A DNA stretch of 64,000 bases from NCBI GenBank assembly GCA_903830625.1, contig CAIKUK010000014.1:772-64771 (forward strand). Reading direction: 5' to 3'. The notes below the pieces were generated by a model. That model did no database searches. It was not told where the DNA came from and saw nothing but the letters and a program-made list of their open reading frames with translations. The DNA is from Candidatus Yanofskybacteria bacterium (GTDB lineage: Bacteria; Patescibacteriota; Minisyncoccia; 2-02-FULL-40-12; GWA2-44-9). Each line of letters starts with the position of its first letter. Position 1 is the first letter of the stretch. Shown one piece after another: positions 9,593-19,276 of the stretch. The translations under genes were made by a program, and so were the position numbers.

Positions 9593-10603
9593 CTAAGACT
9601 TATGTAAAAATTTATCCCTAAACTTCTTTAGTCGGCGGTGGATTATTGGAAAATGGTATTTGATAAACCACCGTAACCTCTGGCCGAAAAATTGATTAAT
9701 ACCGGTGTAGTATTTATAAGCGAATCCTGCAGCACCCTTATTCGCCTTTATTCCCCGAGGGTGTACTAGGGGAAAGTTTATTGACTGCAATGGTAATTTG
9801 GCGCGGATATCATTTGGGTCTTGGGCATTATGATAAGCATCCCGGTCAAATCCGATATTAGATATCAAATTTTTTGATGGAATTACAGACAAGCCATTAT
9901 TTAACCAGCGGGCTAGATACCATTGTGCATCCCAACCGTCAATTTGTTGCGCATAGTAACGGTCAAAGAGATTCGTATAATGATTCGCCACAGCTGGATC
10001 ATCAATAACGGATGCCAGAAAATTATTCTTTTTTAATTCGGGCCAATTTTTTACATCCAGATCGCACAGACGCCAGGCTCTCCTCCATGTTGCCCATCCA
10101 ATAATCGGACTGAAGTTGGAGAAATAATAACTGTCGGAGCAGTGAAATTTTTTGTCTATAGCCGAAAAATTATATCCGCTTATCTGCATAATTTGCGGGT
10201 TATTACGGAATCTTTCCAAAAGTTCCTGGCAGAAAGGAAAGAAACTCTGATTGGGCAGGCAGTCGTCTTCCAATATGATAGCTTCTTCTGTGTTTTGGAA
10301 AAGCCAATCTAAGCCAGTGGCAAATCTTTGTTTACAGCCTAGATTGTGTTCGGCGTAGTTCTTGAAAACTTGGCATGGCCAGTCGACTTTCTCAACTATA
10401 TTTCTAACTTCCTGGCATTTTGATGCTTCTTCGTTATTTCTTGGTCCATCTGCAATAATAAAAAATTTTTCGGGCTCGGCTTTCCTTATTTCCTCAAAAA
10501 CCAGCCTCGTTTTTTCAGGGCGATTAAAAACCACAATGACTACTGGTGTGGTTAGTTTTTTATTCTCCGAGTAATTCATGGGGAAGGTATTCTTTTTTGG
10601 CAA
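9593..10603 (-). CDS. GT-A fold glycosyltransferase, GnT-I (GT13)-like
   Basis: PVVIVVFNRPEKT...FFIIADGPRNNEE...AIILEDDCLP parallels the GnT-I catalytic core. Confidence 0.5.
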   Translation of the reverse strand: MPKKNTFPMNYSENKKLTTPVVIVVFNRPEKTRLVFEEIRKAEPEKFFIIADGPRNNEEASKCQEVRNIVEKVDWPCQVFKNYAEHNLGCKQRFATGLDWLFQNTEEAIILEDDCLPNQSFFPFCQELLERFRNNPQIMQISGYNFSAIDKKFHCSDSYYFSNFSPIIGWATWRRAWRLCDLDVKNWPELKKNNFLASVIDDPAVANHYTNLFDRYYAQQIDGWDAQWYLARWLNNGLSVIPSKNLISNIGFDRDAYHNAQDPNDIRAKLPLQSINFPLVHPRGIKANKGAAGFAYKYYTGINQFFGQRLRWFIKYHFPIIHRRLKKFRDKFLHKS

Positions 10604-11519
10604 AAAGGATTAGATTTTCGTCTTTCCAATAATCTTTTTGGAGTAATAGAAGATATTTATCGCCTATCAGCTCAACTTTCCAGGGTTGAAGGCCTAGGCC
10701 GGTTAGTAAATTGAATATTTCTTCCGGGCTTGACCCGGCCATCTCAAGTAGTTTTTTACTAATCTCAATAAAAATTTTAATTTGCGGGTTGGTTCTAATA
10801 AGTTTCACAGCCCCCCTTAAAACTTCGGTCTCATAACCCTCAACGTCAATCTTCAGTAAATCTACTTTTTCTCCCATAAGTTCATTATCAAGTTTTATAA
10901 TCGGCACAGTCTCAATCTTCAGGGGGTGGTTTTCAATTGGTTGTGATATTCTGGAACCGGCGCTGCAGGTATCGTCGGCTACATAAATTTTGATTTCTCC
11001 GGTAGTGTTACCACAAGCAACTTTTTCGGGTTTAATATTTTTTAACTCACTGACGTTCTCAAGTAATCTTTGATAGATTGATAAGACTGGTTCAAAGGCA
11101 AATATCTTACCAGCGGATCCTATCCGTGATGCCGCCAGAACGGAATAGTAACCGATATTTGCTCCTACGTCGACCACGCAATCTCCGGGATTCGTGAGTT
11201 TCAAGAATATGCGAGTGGGGTGCTTTTCATAATAACCGTTCCACCATATGATGTTGTCAATATGGTCATCAAGATGAAGGGCAATAGGAAGGCCGGAATA
11301 TATTTTTATGCGTTCAATGTATTGGTGACCACTTATGAAACGATTCAAATCGATGCCCGAGCGATATAAAATTTTCTTGGCTATTTGAACAAGTTTAAAA
11401 CGGCGGTGGCAACGACCTAATAGGTTGAGCCATACCGGTAAGATGTTGTTGTCCGAGATATTAGAAGATAATTCAGGCAAACAATTAAAATTAAAGTTTT
11501 TACGTAAGCAATATAGCAA
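10560..11519 (-). CDS. FkbM family methyltransferase
   Basis: VVDVGANIGYYSVLAA, FAFEPV and LKIDVEGYETEVLRGA; the 3' end overlaps the downstream gene by about 44 nt. Confidence 0.8.
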   Translation of the reverse strand: MLYCLRKNFNFNCLPELSSNISDNNILPVWLNLLGRCHRRFKLVQIAKKILYRSGIDLNRFISGHQYIERIKIYSGLPIALHLDDHIDNIIWWNGYYEKHPTRIFLKLTNPGDCVVDVGANIGYYSVLAASRIGSAGKIFAFEPVLSIYQRLLENVSELKNIKPEKVACGNTTGEIKIYVADDTCSAGSRISQPIENHPLKIETVPIIKLDNELMGEKVDLLKIDVEGYETEVLRGAVKLIRTNPQIKIFIEISKKLLEMAGSSPEEIFNLLTGLGLQPWKVELIGDKYLLLLQKDYWKDENLILFAKKEYLPHELLGE

Positions 11520-11592
11520 TAATATCCAGGTATGGGAAGCCTTTTCGGGACGTATATTTCCCCCGAAGATTACTATATGATATACGTTATAT

Positions 11593-12585
11593 ATGAGAAT
11601 TAAAGTAAAAACATTACTATATCAATACGCCAGAAACCTTAGATCTGTTGTTCAAAAGCCCCTGCTGAGTATTATTGTCGTATTGATAAAGAAAAGAATT
11701 ATTGATCCCGAAGCAGTATATTCCGTATTTTCCAAATACGGCTTCTATTTTCTTAAAAAGAGCCACTATTTACCTATCCCGGATGAAGGTGACCTCACTT
11801 ATGCCTATAGTAAGCAATCCGAACTGGTTGGTCTAGACATGAATGAGAGTTATGCGCTGGACTTGTTAGATAATGTAATTTTGAAATATAAAAGTGAATT
11901 TAATGCTTTTCCTGTCAATAAAACTGATGACGATTCAGTCTATTATTTATTGAACGGAAATTATATGGCCATTGACGGTAATGTCTACTATTCTCTTATA
12001 AGGCATTTAAAACCAAATAAGATTATTGAAATTGGTTCCGGTTTTTCTACTAGGTTAGCCTGCAACGCCATATCTAAAAATATACAAGAATCAAACAGTA
12101 AAACACAGTTAATATGCATCGAACCTCATCCGCGCGAGATGCTAAAAGATAATTTACCCAAATTCTTAGAATTAAAAGTAAGCAAAGTTCAAGATGTCGG
12201 ACTAGATATGTTTGAGTCTTTAAGGGCGGGGGATATCTTATTTATCGATTCATCGCATGCGCTTCGGACCGGAGGCGATGTCTGGTGGGAATATTGCGAG
12301 ATTTTGCCGCGGCTTGCTTCCGGTGTTTATGTCCATATTCACGATATCCATTTACCAAAGCCATATCCAAGGCACTACTTTAACCAGCATACTTACTGGA
12401 ACGAACAGTATTTATTGCAGGCATTTTTGACCTTTAATCCTAAATTTGAAGTAATTTGGCCCGGCAATTATTTAATGACTAAATATCCCGAGAAGATTCG
12501 CAAGGCATTTCTACCGGAGTATGACCTGATGCTATCAAAGTATTCCTTTGCCGAACCGGCAAGTTTTTGGATGAGGGTGCAGTGA
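11593..12585 (+). CDS. Putative class I SAM-dependent methyltransferase (Methyltransf_24/CmcI-like)
   Basis: IIEIGSGFSTR...LFIDSSHALRTGGDVWWEY pattern; the assignment is tentative. Confidence 0.4.
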   Translation: MRIKVKTLLYQYARNLRSVVQKPLLSIIVVLIKKRIIDPEAVYSVFSKYGFYFLKKSHYLPIPDEGDLTYAYSKQSELVGLDMNESYALDLLDNVILKYKSEFNAFPVNKTDDDSVYYLLNGNYMAIDGNVYYSLIRHLKPNKIIEIGSGFSTRLACNAISKNIQESNSKTQLICIEPHPREMLKDNLPKFLELKVSKVQDVGLDMFESLRAGDILFIDSSHALRTGGDVWWEYCEILPRLASGVYVHIHDIHLPKPYPRHYFNQHTYWNEQYLLQAFLTFNPKFEVIWPGNYLMTKYPEKIRKAFLPEYDLMLSKYSFAEPASFWMRVQ

Positions 12586-12593
12586 AGTATTAT

Positions 12594-13502
12594 TTAGAAA
12601 GCTTTAAATACAACATTCTCTCCGATATCTCCCAGTTTTCCACTATAAATAGTGAGGTCGCCATTTATAGTAATTTGATATGGTCTGTATCCTAATTCTG
12701 CTAAAAAATCGACCGCCTTTAAATGGTTTGTATTATCATATCCTTTCCCCCAAATCTCCATGGCGATAATGGGTTTGCATTTCTTAAGTGTTGTTACTGC
12801 TCCCATAAGTACGTTAAATTCAGAACCTTCAACGTCGATTTTTATCAGAGTGGGGCAGATTTTTTTGCTATCACAATAATCATCTAGTGTTATCGCGGGC
12901 ACCGTTATCATTTTAAATTTCTCTTCATTTAGGACGGCAACATTCTTAAAAAAGTCTTTATTAATAGTACTTATTGATCTCCTGCTTTGAAAAAAATTAA
13001 GCTTGCCGGATTCATTTGAAACTGCACACTCGTTCAGGCATATACCGGGTAAGTCCGCATTTTTTTTCAAGATCCTGAAATGTTTTGGTGTCGGCTCGAA
13101 AGCGTGGACTTGTCCCTTGCCCGCTAATATTTTGTGTGCAAGAAGTGTATAGAAGCCATGATGAGAACCAATATCAAAAAACATATCTCCTGGCTGGAGT
13201 TGTTTAATAATAAATTTCGTGAGACATATTTCCGGGACTGAATTCAAGAAACCACCCAACCATAGATCTTGCTCGTAACTATGGATATGAATCGGGTAAC
13301 CAAAAAATGTTTTTGTCTTAACCAAAAAATATAAGCGATGCCCAGGAAACAAAACATCATATTTTCTTATAAAAACCTTGATTGGGTTCCTGGCGAGCCT
13401 AAGGAGCCTTTCCCTCCAATTTCCTTTATATAATTTTCCGTAAAACCGAATAGCTTTTTCTAGGGATTCAGATAAATTATTTGCTAATTCGATTTTATCC
13501 AT
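12594..13502 (-). CDS. FkbM family methyltransferase
   Basis: FFDIGSHHGFYTLLAH, HAFEPTP and IKIDVEGSEFNVLMGA. Confidence 0.8.
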   Translation of the reverse strand: MDKIELANNLSESLEKAIRFYGKLYKGNWRERLLRLARNPIKVFIRKYDVLFPGHRLYFLVKTKTFFGYPIHIHSYEQDLWLGGFLNSVPEICLTKFIIKQLQPGDMFFDIGSHHGFYTLLAHKILAGKGQVHAFEPTPKHFRILKKNADLPGICLNECAVSNESGKLNFFQSRRSISTINKDFFKNVAVLNEEKFKMITVPAITLDDYCDSKKICPTLIKIDVEGSEFNVLMGAVTTLKKCKPIIAMEIWGKGYDNTNHLKAVDFLAELGYRPYQITINGDLTIYSGKLGDIGENVVFKAF

Positions 13503-13640
13503 ATTAAAATAAAAATTATCATATTCTAAGATTAAACGCTAGGGACTAAGGGCATCAGACAAATTGCTTTTACTAAAAAATTATGTTATGGTTTGTCTCA
13601 ACCATTCTGTTCTTTGAAAACTCAAAAAAGGAGCGGAAAA

Positions 13641-15044
13641 GTGAGAATACTGCAAATATTCGTGAAGAATACCGTCTTTGAAAAGCCCATGGCTTTTTTG
13701 CCGCTGGGCCTGGCCTACATTCGTTCTGCCTTGTGCGAGCGTGGGTATGATGTCGATTTCATTGATATGTCCGAATATGACGAGGACAGTCAAGGGAAAC
13801 ACATCGACAGATACCCCGATGTAAGCTACATTCCACTGGATTACGATCTGTACTTGGTTTCCGGAACTTCGCCCCAAGCTAGCGAGATAAGGAAAGTCGG
13901 GAGATATCTAAAAGAGAAAGGCAAGCCGGCGATTGCTGGCGGTCCGCATGTCACTAACTATGCCGGACCAGAAACACCCCGAGGCTCTCTTATGGTTATC
14001 GATGACTCTTTGCCAGTTGACAAAGAGCTCGTCACCAACTACCCCGTCATGGTTAAGTATGAGGGCGAAATCGCCATCTTCGAGGCTGTCGAAAGAATTG
14101 AAGAAGGGATGGGGGCATTAAGACGGCATGGCCGCGGAATCGTTCTTAGGACGCCACTGATAAGCGACTTGGGCAGCATACCAATTCCCGATCGTAGAGA
14201 TGCACACAAGTACGAATGGCATCTCGAGGATAAAAACGGGAAAAAATGCTTGGGCACCAACATGTTCACTTCACGTGGCTGTCCAAAGAGGTGCGCTTTT
14301 TGTGATAGCGGAAATCTCTGGACTCGAGGAGTCAGGTATACTCCCATCGATCGAGTAAGAGAAGAATTTGCGCAGATAAAGGGTTTGGGTTTTGAGGCGA
14401 TACAATTCTATGACGACATTTTCCTTCTTAATCGTAGCCGTATGATTGAGATGTGCAAATCCTTGAAAGAGATGGGATTCGCTTGGAAGTGTTACATAAG
14501 AGTTGATATCGTATCCCACCATCTTTACGGCAAGGAATTTCTGCAGATGATGTACAACGCCGGTCTTATTGAGGTTTTGGTTGGGGTGGAAAGTGGCTCC
14601 CAGCAAATCCTCGATAATATCTATAAAGATACCACCGTTGAACAAAACAGCATTGTCCGTCAGTGGTGCCGGGAAGTGGGTATTAGGTTCAAGGCGGCCA
14701 TCGTTCTCGGACTTCCAGGCGAAACCACGGAAACTTTAGAGGCAACAAGACGTTGGATATTGGAACAACGGCCGGATAAGTGTGCTGTCGCCATATTTAT
14801 TCCGTTCAGCGGCACTCCAATCGTTGATCAGAAGATAAGGAGACGCTACGGGATAGATGATATGCACGATTTTGACATCAAGATAGAGCTTGAGCCTGGT
14901 GAGGCAGCTGACGACCATTTCAACTACGGATCCAGGACTAAGCTTCAGTCGGTAGTTTCAACATCGTCTTTGACCGCCCAGCAGATTACCGATTTCTATC
15001 TTGAATTTTCGGCCGAACTCGATGCTCTGGGCATAACCTACTAG
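13641..15044 (+). CDS. B12-binding domain radical SAM protein (class B radical SAM, methyltransferase-like)
   Basis: CPKRCAFC (CxxxCxxC) cluster; the N-terminal FLPLGLAYI...YDVDFIDMS B12-binding-like domain; a GTG start at 13641 preceded by aaggag. It is GC-richer than its neighbours, and a hairpin terminator follows. Confidence 0.75.
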   Translation: MRILQIFVKNTVFEKPMAFLPLGLAYIRSALCERGYDVDFIDMSEYDEDSQGKHIDRYPDVSYIPLDYDLYLVSGTSPQASEIRKVGRYLKEKGKPAIAGGPHVTNYAGPETPRGSLMVIDDSLPVDKELVTNYPVMVKYEGEIAIFEAVERIEEGMGALRRHGRGIVLRTPLISDLGSIPIPDRRDAHKYEWHLEDKNGKKCLGTNMFTSRGCPKRCAFCDSGNLWTRGVRYTPIDRVREEFAQIKGLGFEAIQFYDDIFLLNRSRMIEMCKSLKEMGFAWKCYIRVDIVSHHLYGKEFLQMMYNAGLIEVLVGVESGSQQILDNIYKDTTVEQNSIVRQWCREVGIRFKAAIVLGLPGETTETLEATRRWILEQRPDKCAVAIFIPFSGTPIVDQKIRRRYGIDDMHDFDIKIELEPGEAADDHFNYGSRTKLQSVVSTSSLTAQQITDFYLEFSAELDALGITY

Positions 15045-15054
15045 GGTAAGTTTC

Positions 15055-15090
15055 GGGCCTCCTCGACGGAGGCCTTTTCTTTTTGTTTGA
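15055..15090 (+). terminator. Rho-independent terminator
   Basis: ggcctcc tcgac ggaggcc followed by ttttctttttg. Confidence 0.6.
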
Positions 15091-15135
15091 AAAATATGCT
15101 ATCGTGATATATCCTATTAATAATTTAAATAACAT

Positions 15136-16173
15136 ATGAAAAATAAAACGGTATTAATTATTGGTGGAGCCGGTTTCATTGGTATCAACAATGCCGATTA
15201 CCTTTTGAGCAGGAAATATAATGTTATCTTGGCCGATAATTTATCTAGAAATGGCTCAGCCCTAAATTTAGAATGGCTTAGAAAAAAATGGGGAGAATCT
15301 TTCGAGTTTATTAAACTGGACATAACAGTTGATAAAGATAAATTAGATGTCCTCGTGGCAAAAGTTGATGCTGTTTATCACTTTGCAAGTCAAATCGCCG
15401 TTACAATTTCAGTTTTAAACCCCATGCACGACTTTATGGTTAATGCCATGGGGACGTTAAATGTTTTAGAATCGATTAGGAATTCGCAGAATAAGCCTAT
15501 GTTGTTATTTTCGTCAACGAACAAAGTTTATGGCAGTATGGAAAATTTAGGCATTAAACCCACAGGAGACGGGTATAGATATGAGTCTTTACAAGGGATA
15601 AATGAAATCCAACTACTCGATTTTCATTCACCTTATGGTTGTAGTAAGGGTGCTGCTGATCAATATGTACGCGACTATGCCAGGGTGTTTGGTCTAAAAA
15701 CCGTAGTTTTTAGACAGTCGTGTATTTACGGGACTCATCAATTTGGAGTTGAGGATCAGGGCTGGGTTGCTTGGTTTGCTATTTCTGCTATTTTGGATAG
15801 GCCGATTACAATTTACGGCGATGGTCATCAGTCGCGAGATGTTCTTTTTGTGGATGACCTGTGCGAACTCTATGAAATGGCGCTAAGAAACATTTCGAAG
15901 CTCAGTGGTAAAACTTATAATATCGGCGGAGGACCAATAAATACTTTGTCGGTTCTAGGAACTATTGGCAGGCTGGAACGAATTTTAGGCAAAAAAATAC
16001 AGGCATCATTCTCTGATTGGCGAGTCGGAGATCAAAAAGTGTTTATCTCGGATGTAGGGCTTATCGCCAAAGACTTAGGCTGGAGACCCACAACAAATAT
16101 TGATGATGGTTTAAAAAAAGTTGTAAACTGGGCGAAGAAAACCAAAGTTATATTTGAAAAACTGCATGGATAG
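15136..16173 (+). CDS. NAD-dependent epimerase/dehydratase (SDR; CDP-paratose 2-epimerase / GDP-4-keto-6-deoxymannose reductase-like)
   Basis: VLIIGGAGFIG Rossmann motif and an YxxxK-type region YGCSKGAADQY. Confidence 0.75.
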   Translation: MKNKTVLIIGGAGFIGINNADYLLSRKYNVILADNLSRNGSALNLEWLRKKWGESFEFIKLDITVDKDKLDVLVAKVDAVYHFASQIAVTISVLNPMHDFMVNAMGTLNVLESIRNSQNKPMLLFSSTNKVYGSMENLGIKPTGDGYRYESLQGINEIQLLDFHSPYGCSKGAADQYVRDYARVFGLKTVVFRQSCIYGTHQFGVEDQGWVAWFAISAILDRPITIYGDGHQSRDVLFVDDLCELYEMALRNISKLSGKTYNIGGGPINTLSVLGTIGRLERILGKKIQASFSDWRVGDQKVFISDVGLIAKDLGWRPTTNIDDGLKKVVNWAKKTKVIFEKLHG

Positions 16174-16184
16174 ATTGTTTTGAA

Positions 16185-17384
16185 TTAGTTAAGCTTTAAT
16201 AGGGAGTCGTAGAAAATTTTGGAGTTAATTCTGGCGTCGTGATTCTCGAAGAATGTCTTTTGCGCGTTTCTTATTAATTCAGTCGTATATTCATTATCGA
16301 TTATCATTTTTTTGATAGCTGATTTTATTTTATTGATATCTTGATCATCGACAACGCAGGCAAATTTATTTTTCCGTCCGTATCTACTTATGTAACTTTC
16401 GCGGGGAGCATGGATTAAAATTGGCGTATTAGAAAGCAGGTAGCCGATTAATTTCGATGGGATCGCGGTATTAACAACATCTTGGCTTTGTGTATTCCAC
16501 GAATAAGGTATAAGAAGGATGTCCGCTTGGTTCATCGCTCTAATCATCGCTGATTTTGTCGCACTTAGAATTTGAATGTTTGGAATGGCAGAATATTTTT
16601 GAATTAGCTTTTTAGAGGGTGCCGGAATATAAAGAAGAATATTTATTTTAAATTCTTTTATCTCCTGACATGCCTCTATTACCTCATCAAGGGCTCCTTC
16701 CGCGAGCCAATAAATAGCGCCACTAAAAAGAATCGTGACCTCATTTCTTCTGTTCGGTTTTACATTTTGTATATCACTGTAGTCTTCAGAAAATCCACCA
16801 TGGAAGGCTGGCCGGAATGTGTTTAATTTGGGATATTGTTTTTTATAAAAATCCATATATCCTTCGCAGCATAGAAAGATTAATGATGCTCCTCTGAATA
16901 AAATAGGTTCAAAGAAAGTAGCAATTATTTTCCAAGGTCCGGGCAAATTATTGTGTTTGTATAGATCCAGAATATATGGACAGTAGGGCTTACCGCTTAA
17001 CTTCGAAAGAATATAAGTAAAAATAAGCATCTGACCACGACCTGTCGTTCCAATTAATACTTCAATTCTTTCCTCTTTTATTATCTTCAGGGCTTTACGT
17101 ATCTTTGTGTAGATTCGGAAAGGCTTACTTACTAGAACATACCATTTAGATAGCATTCTTTTATCATTTCTGTCATCGTCATAAAAAAAATAATGGCAAG
17201 AGAGTGAATAGGCCGGATCGGACCCTTTCTTTTCGAAATTTTTATGGCTAGTGAGAAAGCAGTAGGAGTCGGGATTAAAATTAGAGAAAATATTAAATAG
17301 ACATATTGCGGCGCCATTTATTGCCGGTGGCGTGTAGTTGGCTAATATGAGCGCTTTCTTGGGTAATTTCGGTTTCTCAATCAT
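16185..17384 (-). CDS. GT-B fold glycosyltransferase (GT4-like)
   Basis: 399 aa with two Rossmann-like halves, placed in the glycan locus; weak family signal. Confidence 0.5.
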   Translation of the reverse strand: MIEKPKLPKKALILANYTPPAINGAAICLFNIFSNFNPDSYCFLTSHKNFEKKGSDPAYSLSCHYFFYDDDRNDKRMLSKWYVLVSKPFRIYTKIRKALKIIKEERIEVLIGTTGRGQMLIFTYILSKLSGKPYCPYILDLYKHNNLPGPWKIIATFFEPILFRGASLIFLCCEGYMDFYKKQYPKLNTFRPAFHGGFSEDYSDIQNVKPNRRNEVTILFSGAIYWLAEGALDEVIEACQEIKEFKINILLYIPAPSKKLIQKYSAIPNIQILSATKSAMIRAMNQADILLIPYSWNTQSQDVVNTAIPSKLIGYLLSNTPILIHAPRESYISRYGRKNKFACVVDDQDINKIKSAIKKMIIDNEYTTELIRNAQKTFFENHDARINSKIFYDSLLKLN

Positions 17385-19183
17385 TAAGACGCTATTTTTT
17401 TATCCCCCATATTATATGTTTTATAAAAATAAGAATTTTCATTTTTGAGTAACTCTTGTGGCGAACCTCGTTCAATTATCTTGCCGTTTTCAAGGGCAAT
17501 CAGTCGGTCGCAACTCATGACAGTAGACAGCCGATGAGCGATGATTAAGATTGTCATTTTGTTTTTTAGATTCTCCAAAGTTTTTTGGATTAGAGCTTCC
17601 GATTCGTTATCCAGTGCGCTGGTAGCTTCGTCCAATATCAATATCTTTGGTTTGCGAGCTAATACTCGCGCCAGAACCACCCTCTGCCGTTGGCCAACGG
17701 AAAGCTTAACACCCCTTTCCCCAACGACTGCCAGAAATTTATCAGGTTGTTCCTGAATAACATCATAAATATTTGCCATTTTTGTGGCGTTGATAATATC
17801 TTGATTGGAAATTGATGAATCATAGAATCGAATATTGTTTTCGATAGTATCGCTTAGTAAAAATATATCCTGTGAAACATAGCCGATATTTTTTCGCCAG
17901 TCGTGAGTATTTATTTCTGAAATGTCTCGGTCGTCCAATAGAATTGCACCCAGGGAGGGTTTAAAAAGTTTTAAAATCAAATCAACGATGGTTGTCTTAC
18001 CTGATCCCGAAGAGCCGATAAGTCCTATCATCTCACCCTTGTTAACTTTAAAACTAATTCCAGACAAGACTTCTTTGTGCTTGTCATAACCAAATCTGAC
18101 ATTATTAAATTTAAGATGTTCATTAAAACTAAAATCATATGCACCTGTCGTGTTATCTTCTGTGTTTTGAGTAGTTTGGTCATCGTAACTGATAACCGCT
18201 TTAAGGAAGGGCACAGTTTCATTAATTCCACTTAGTCGGCCCTGGATCGATTGCATAAATGAGAACATTTTTTGAACCAGATAAATGACGGCTAAAAACG
18301 AAGCAAATTGAAAGCTTGGCTTCGAATAGGAAAAAGCGAAGATGCTTACCACTAAAATTAAACTCAGCGGTTCCTGGAAAGATGTTTGCAGGTTGCCATA
18401 GATGGCCAATTTTATTCTTGCCTCACGTAGTTCATTAAAAAATTTCTGGATTTTTGCGAGTACATTATTTTCAACTCCGGCTGTTTTTATTATCTTGGCT
18501 CCGATTGTATATTCAGCCACTTGATTAGCAACTGTTTTTGAATTAAGAGCCCAGCTTTGAGACAGTTTTCTTGTTTTGTATAATAGTGGTTTCAAGATAA
18601 AGAATAAAACAACTCCTAGGGCCAAAGTGATGAAGGTAATGGCGACAGATATGCTAAGGGCGACAATAGAATAAGCCAGTAAACTAGTTGTTATCAAGAT
18701 GGTGCCACTTAATAAATCTAGGACGCCGGCACTTCTACTGACGTCGGTGATTAAAACCGTTTCAAGATGGCCGATTTTTTGTTCAAGAAGGTATGGCCAG
18801 CTGGCAGTAAGCGTTTTTTTAAAAAGTTCGTTTCGTGTTTTTTTCTCATAATCGGCGGTAATTTTGGCGGTAATATAATTCGCAAAATACAAGAAAACAG
18901 CTTTAATAACAAATAAAGCGGTAATCAATAGTACGAGAGTGGTCATGGTGTATTCTAAATGGATAAACGCAAAGAATTTTTCTATGATTCTGGAAATATT
19001 GTTTGTGGTGTTAGTTTGTCCTTTGCCAATAAAAGAGAACAAAGGGACTATGGCGCCAATGCCAATACCTCCCATGAGACCGCCCACAAAACCGGCAGCC
19101 GCCATCGTCAGAATCTTTAGTTTATAGCGGCCGAAAGCCTTACCCATAAGATTCACGGCTAATATAATTTTGGTGAGATTCAT
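17384..19183 (-). CDS. ABC transporter, fused permease/ATPase exporter (MsbA-like)
   Basis: Six TM helices followed by GSSGSGKTT Walker A, the LSVGQRQRVVLAR signature and ILILDEATSALD Walker B. The start is uncertain (ATG at 19183 or 19147); the track start at 19204 is a TTG. Confidence 0.85.
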   Translation of the reverse strand: MNLTKIILAVNLMGKAFGRYKLKILTMAAAGFVGGLMGGIGIGAIVPLFSFIGKGQTNTTNNISRIIEKFFAFIHLEYTMTTLVLLITALFVIKAVFLYFANYITAKITADYEKKTRNELFKKTLTASWPYLLEQKIGHLETVLITDVSRSAGVLDLLSGTILITTSLLAYSIVALSISVAITFITLALGVVLFFILKPLLYKTRKLSQSWALNSKTVANQVAEYTIGAKIIKTAGVENNVLAKIQKFFNELREARIKLAIYGNLQTSFQEPLSLILVVSIFAFSYSKPSFQFASFLAVIYLVQKMFSFMQSIQGRLSGINETVPFLKAVISYDDQTTQNTEDNTTGAYDFSFNEHLKFNNVRFGYDKHKEVLSGISFKVNKGEMIGLIGSSGSGKTTIVDLILKLFKPSLGAILLDDRDISEINTHDWRKNIGYVSQDIFLLSDTIENNIRFYDSSISNQDIINATKMANIYDVIQEQPDKFLAVVGERGVKLSVGQRQRVVLARVLARKPKILILDEATSALDNESEALIQKTLENLKNKMTILIIAHRLSTVMSCDRLIALENGKIIERGSPQELLKNENSYFYKTYNMGDKKIAS

Positions 19184-19276
19184 AAAATTTAAGGTTATAT
19201 TCAACTCTTAAACTACCATGTTTTAGCACATCTGACAAGATAATTAATTGAAGCCTGGAGTAAATAATGATACCTT

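Noticed and set aside
13581-13877. Minus-strand 98-aa ORF overlapping the start of the radical SAM gene.
   Set aside because: It is antisense to a conserved domain, with no RBS or promoter; likely spurious.
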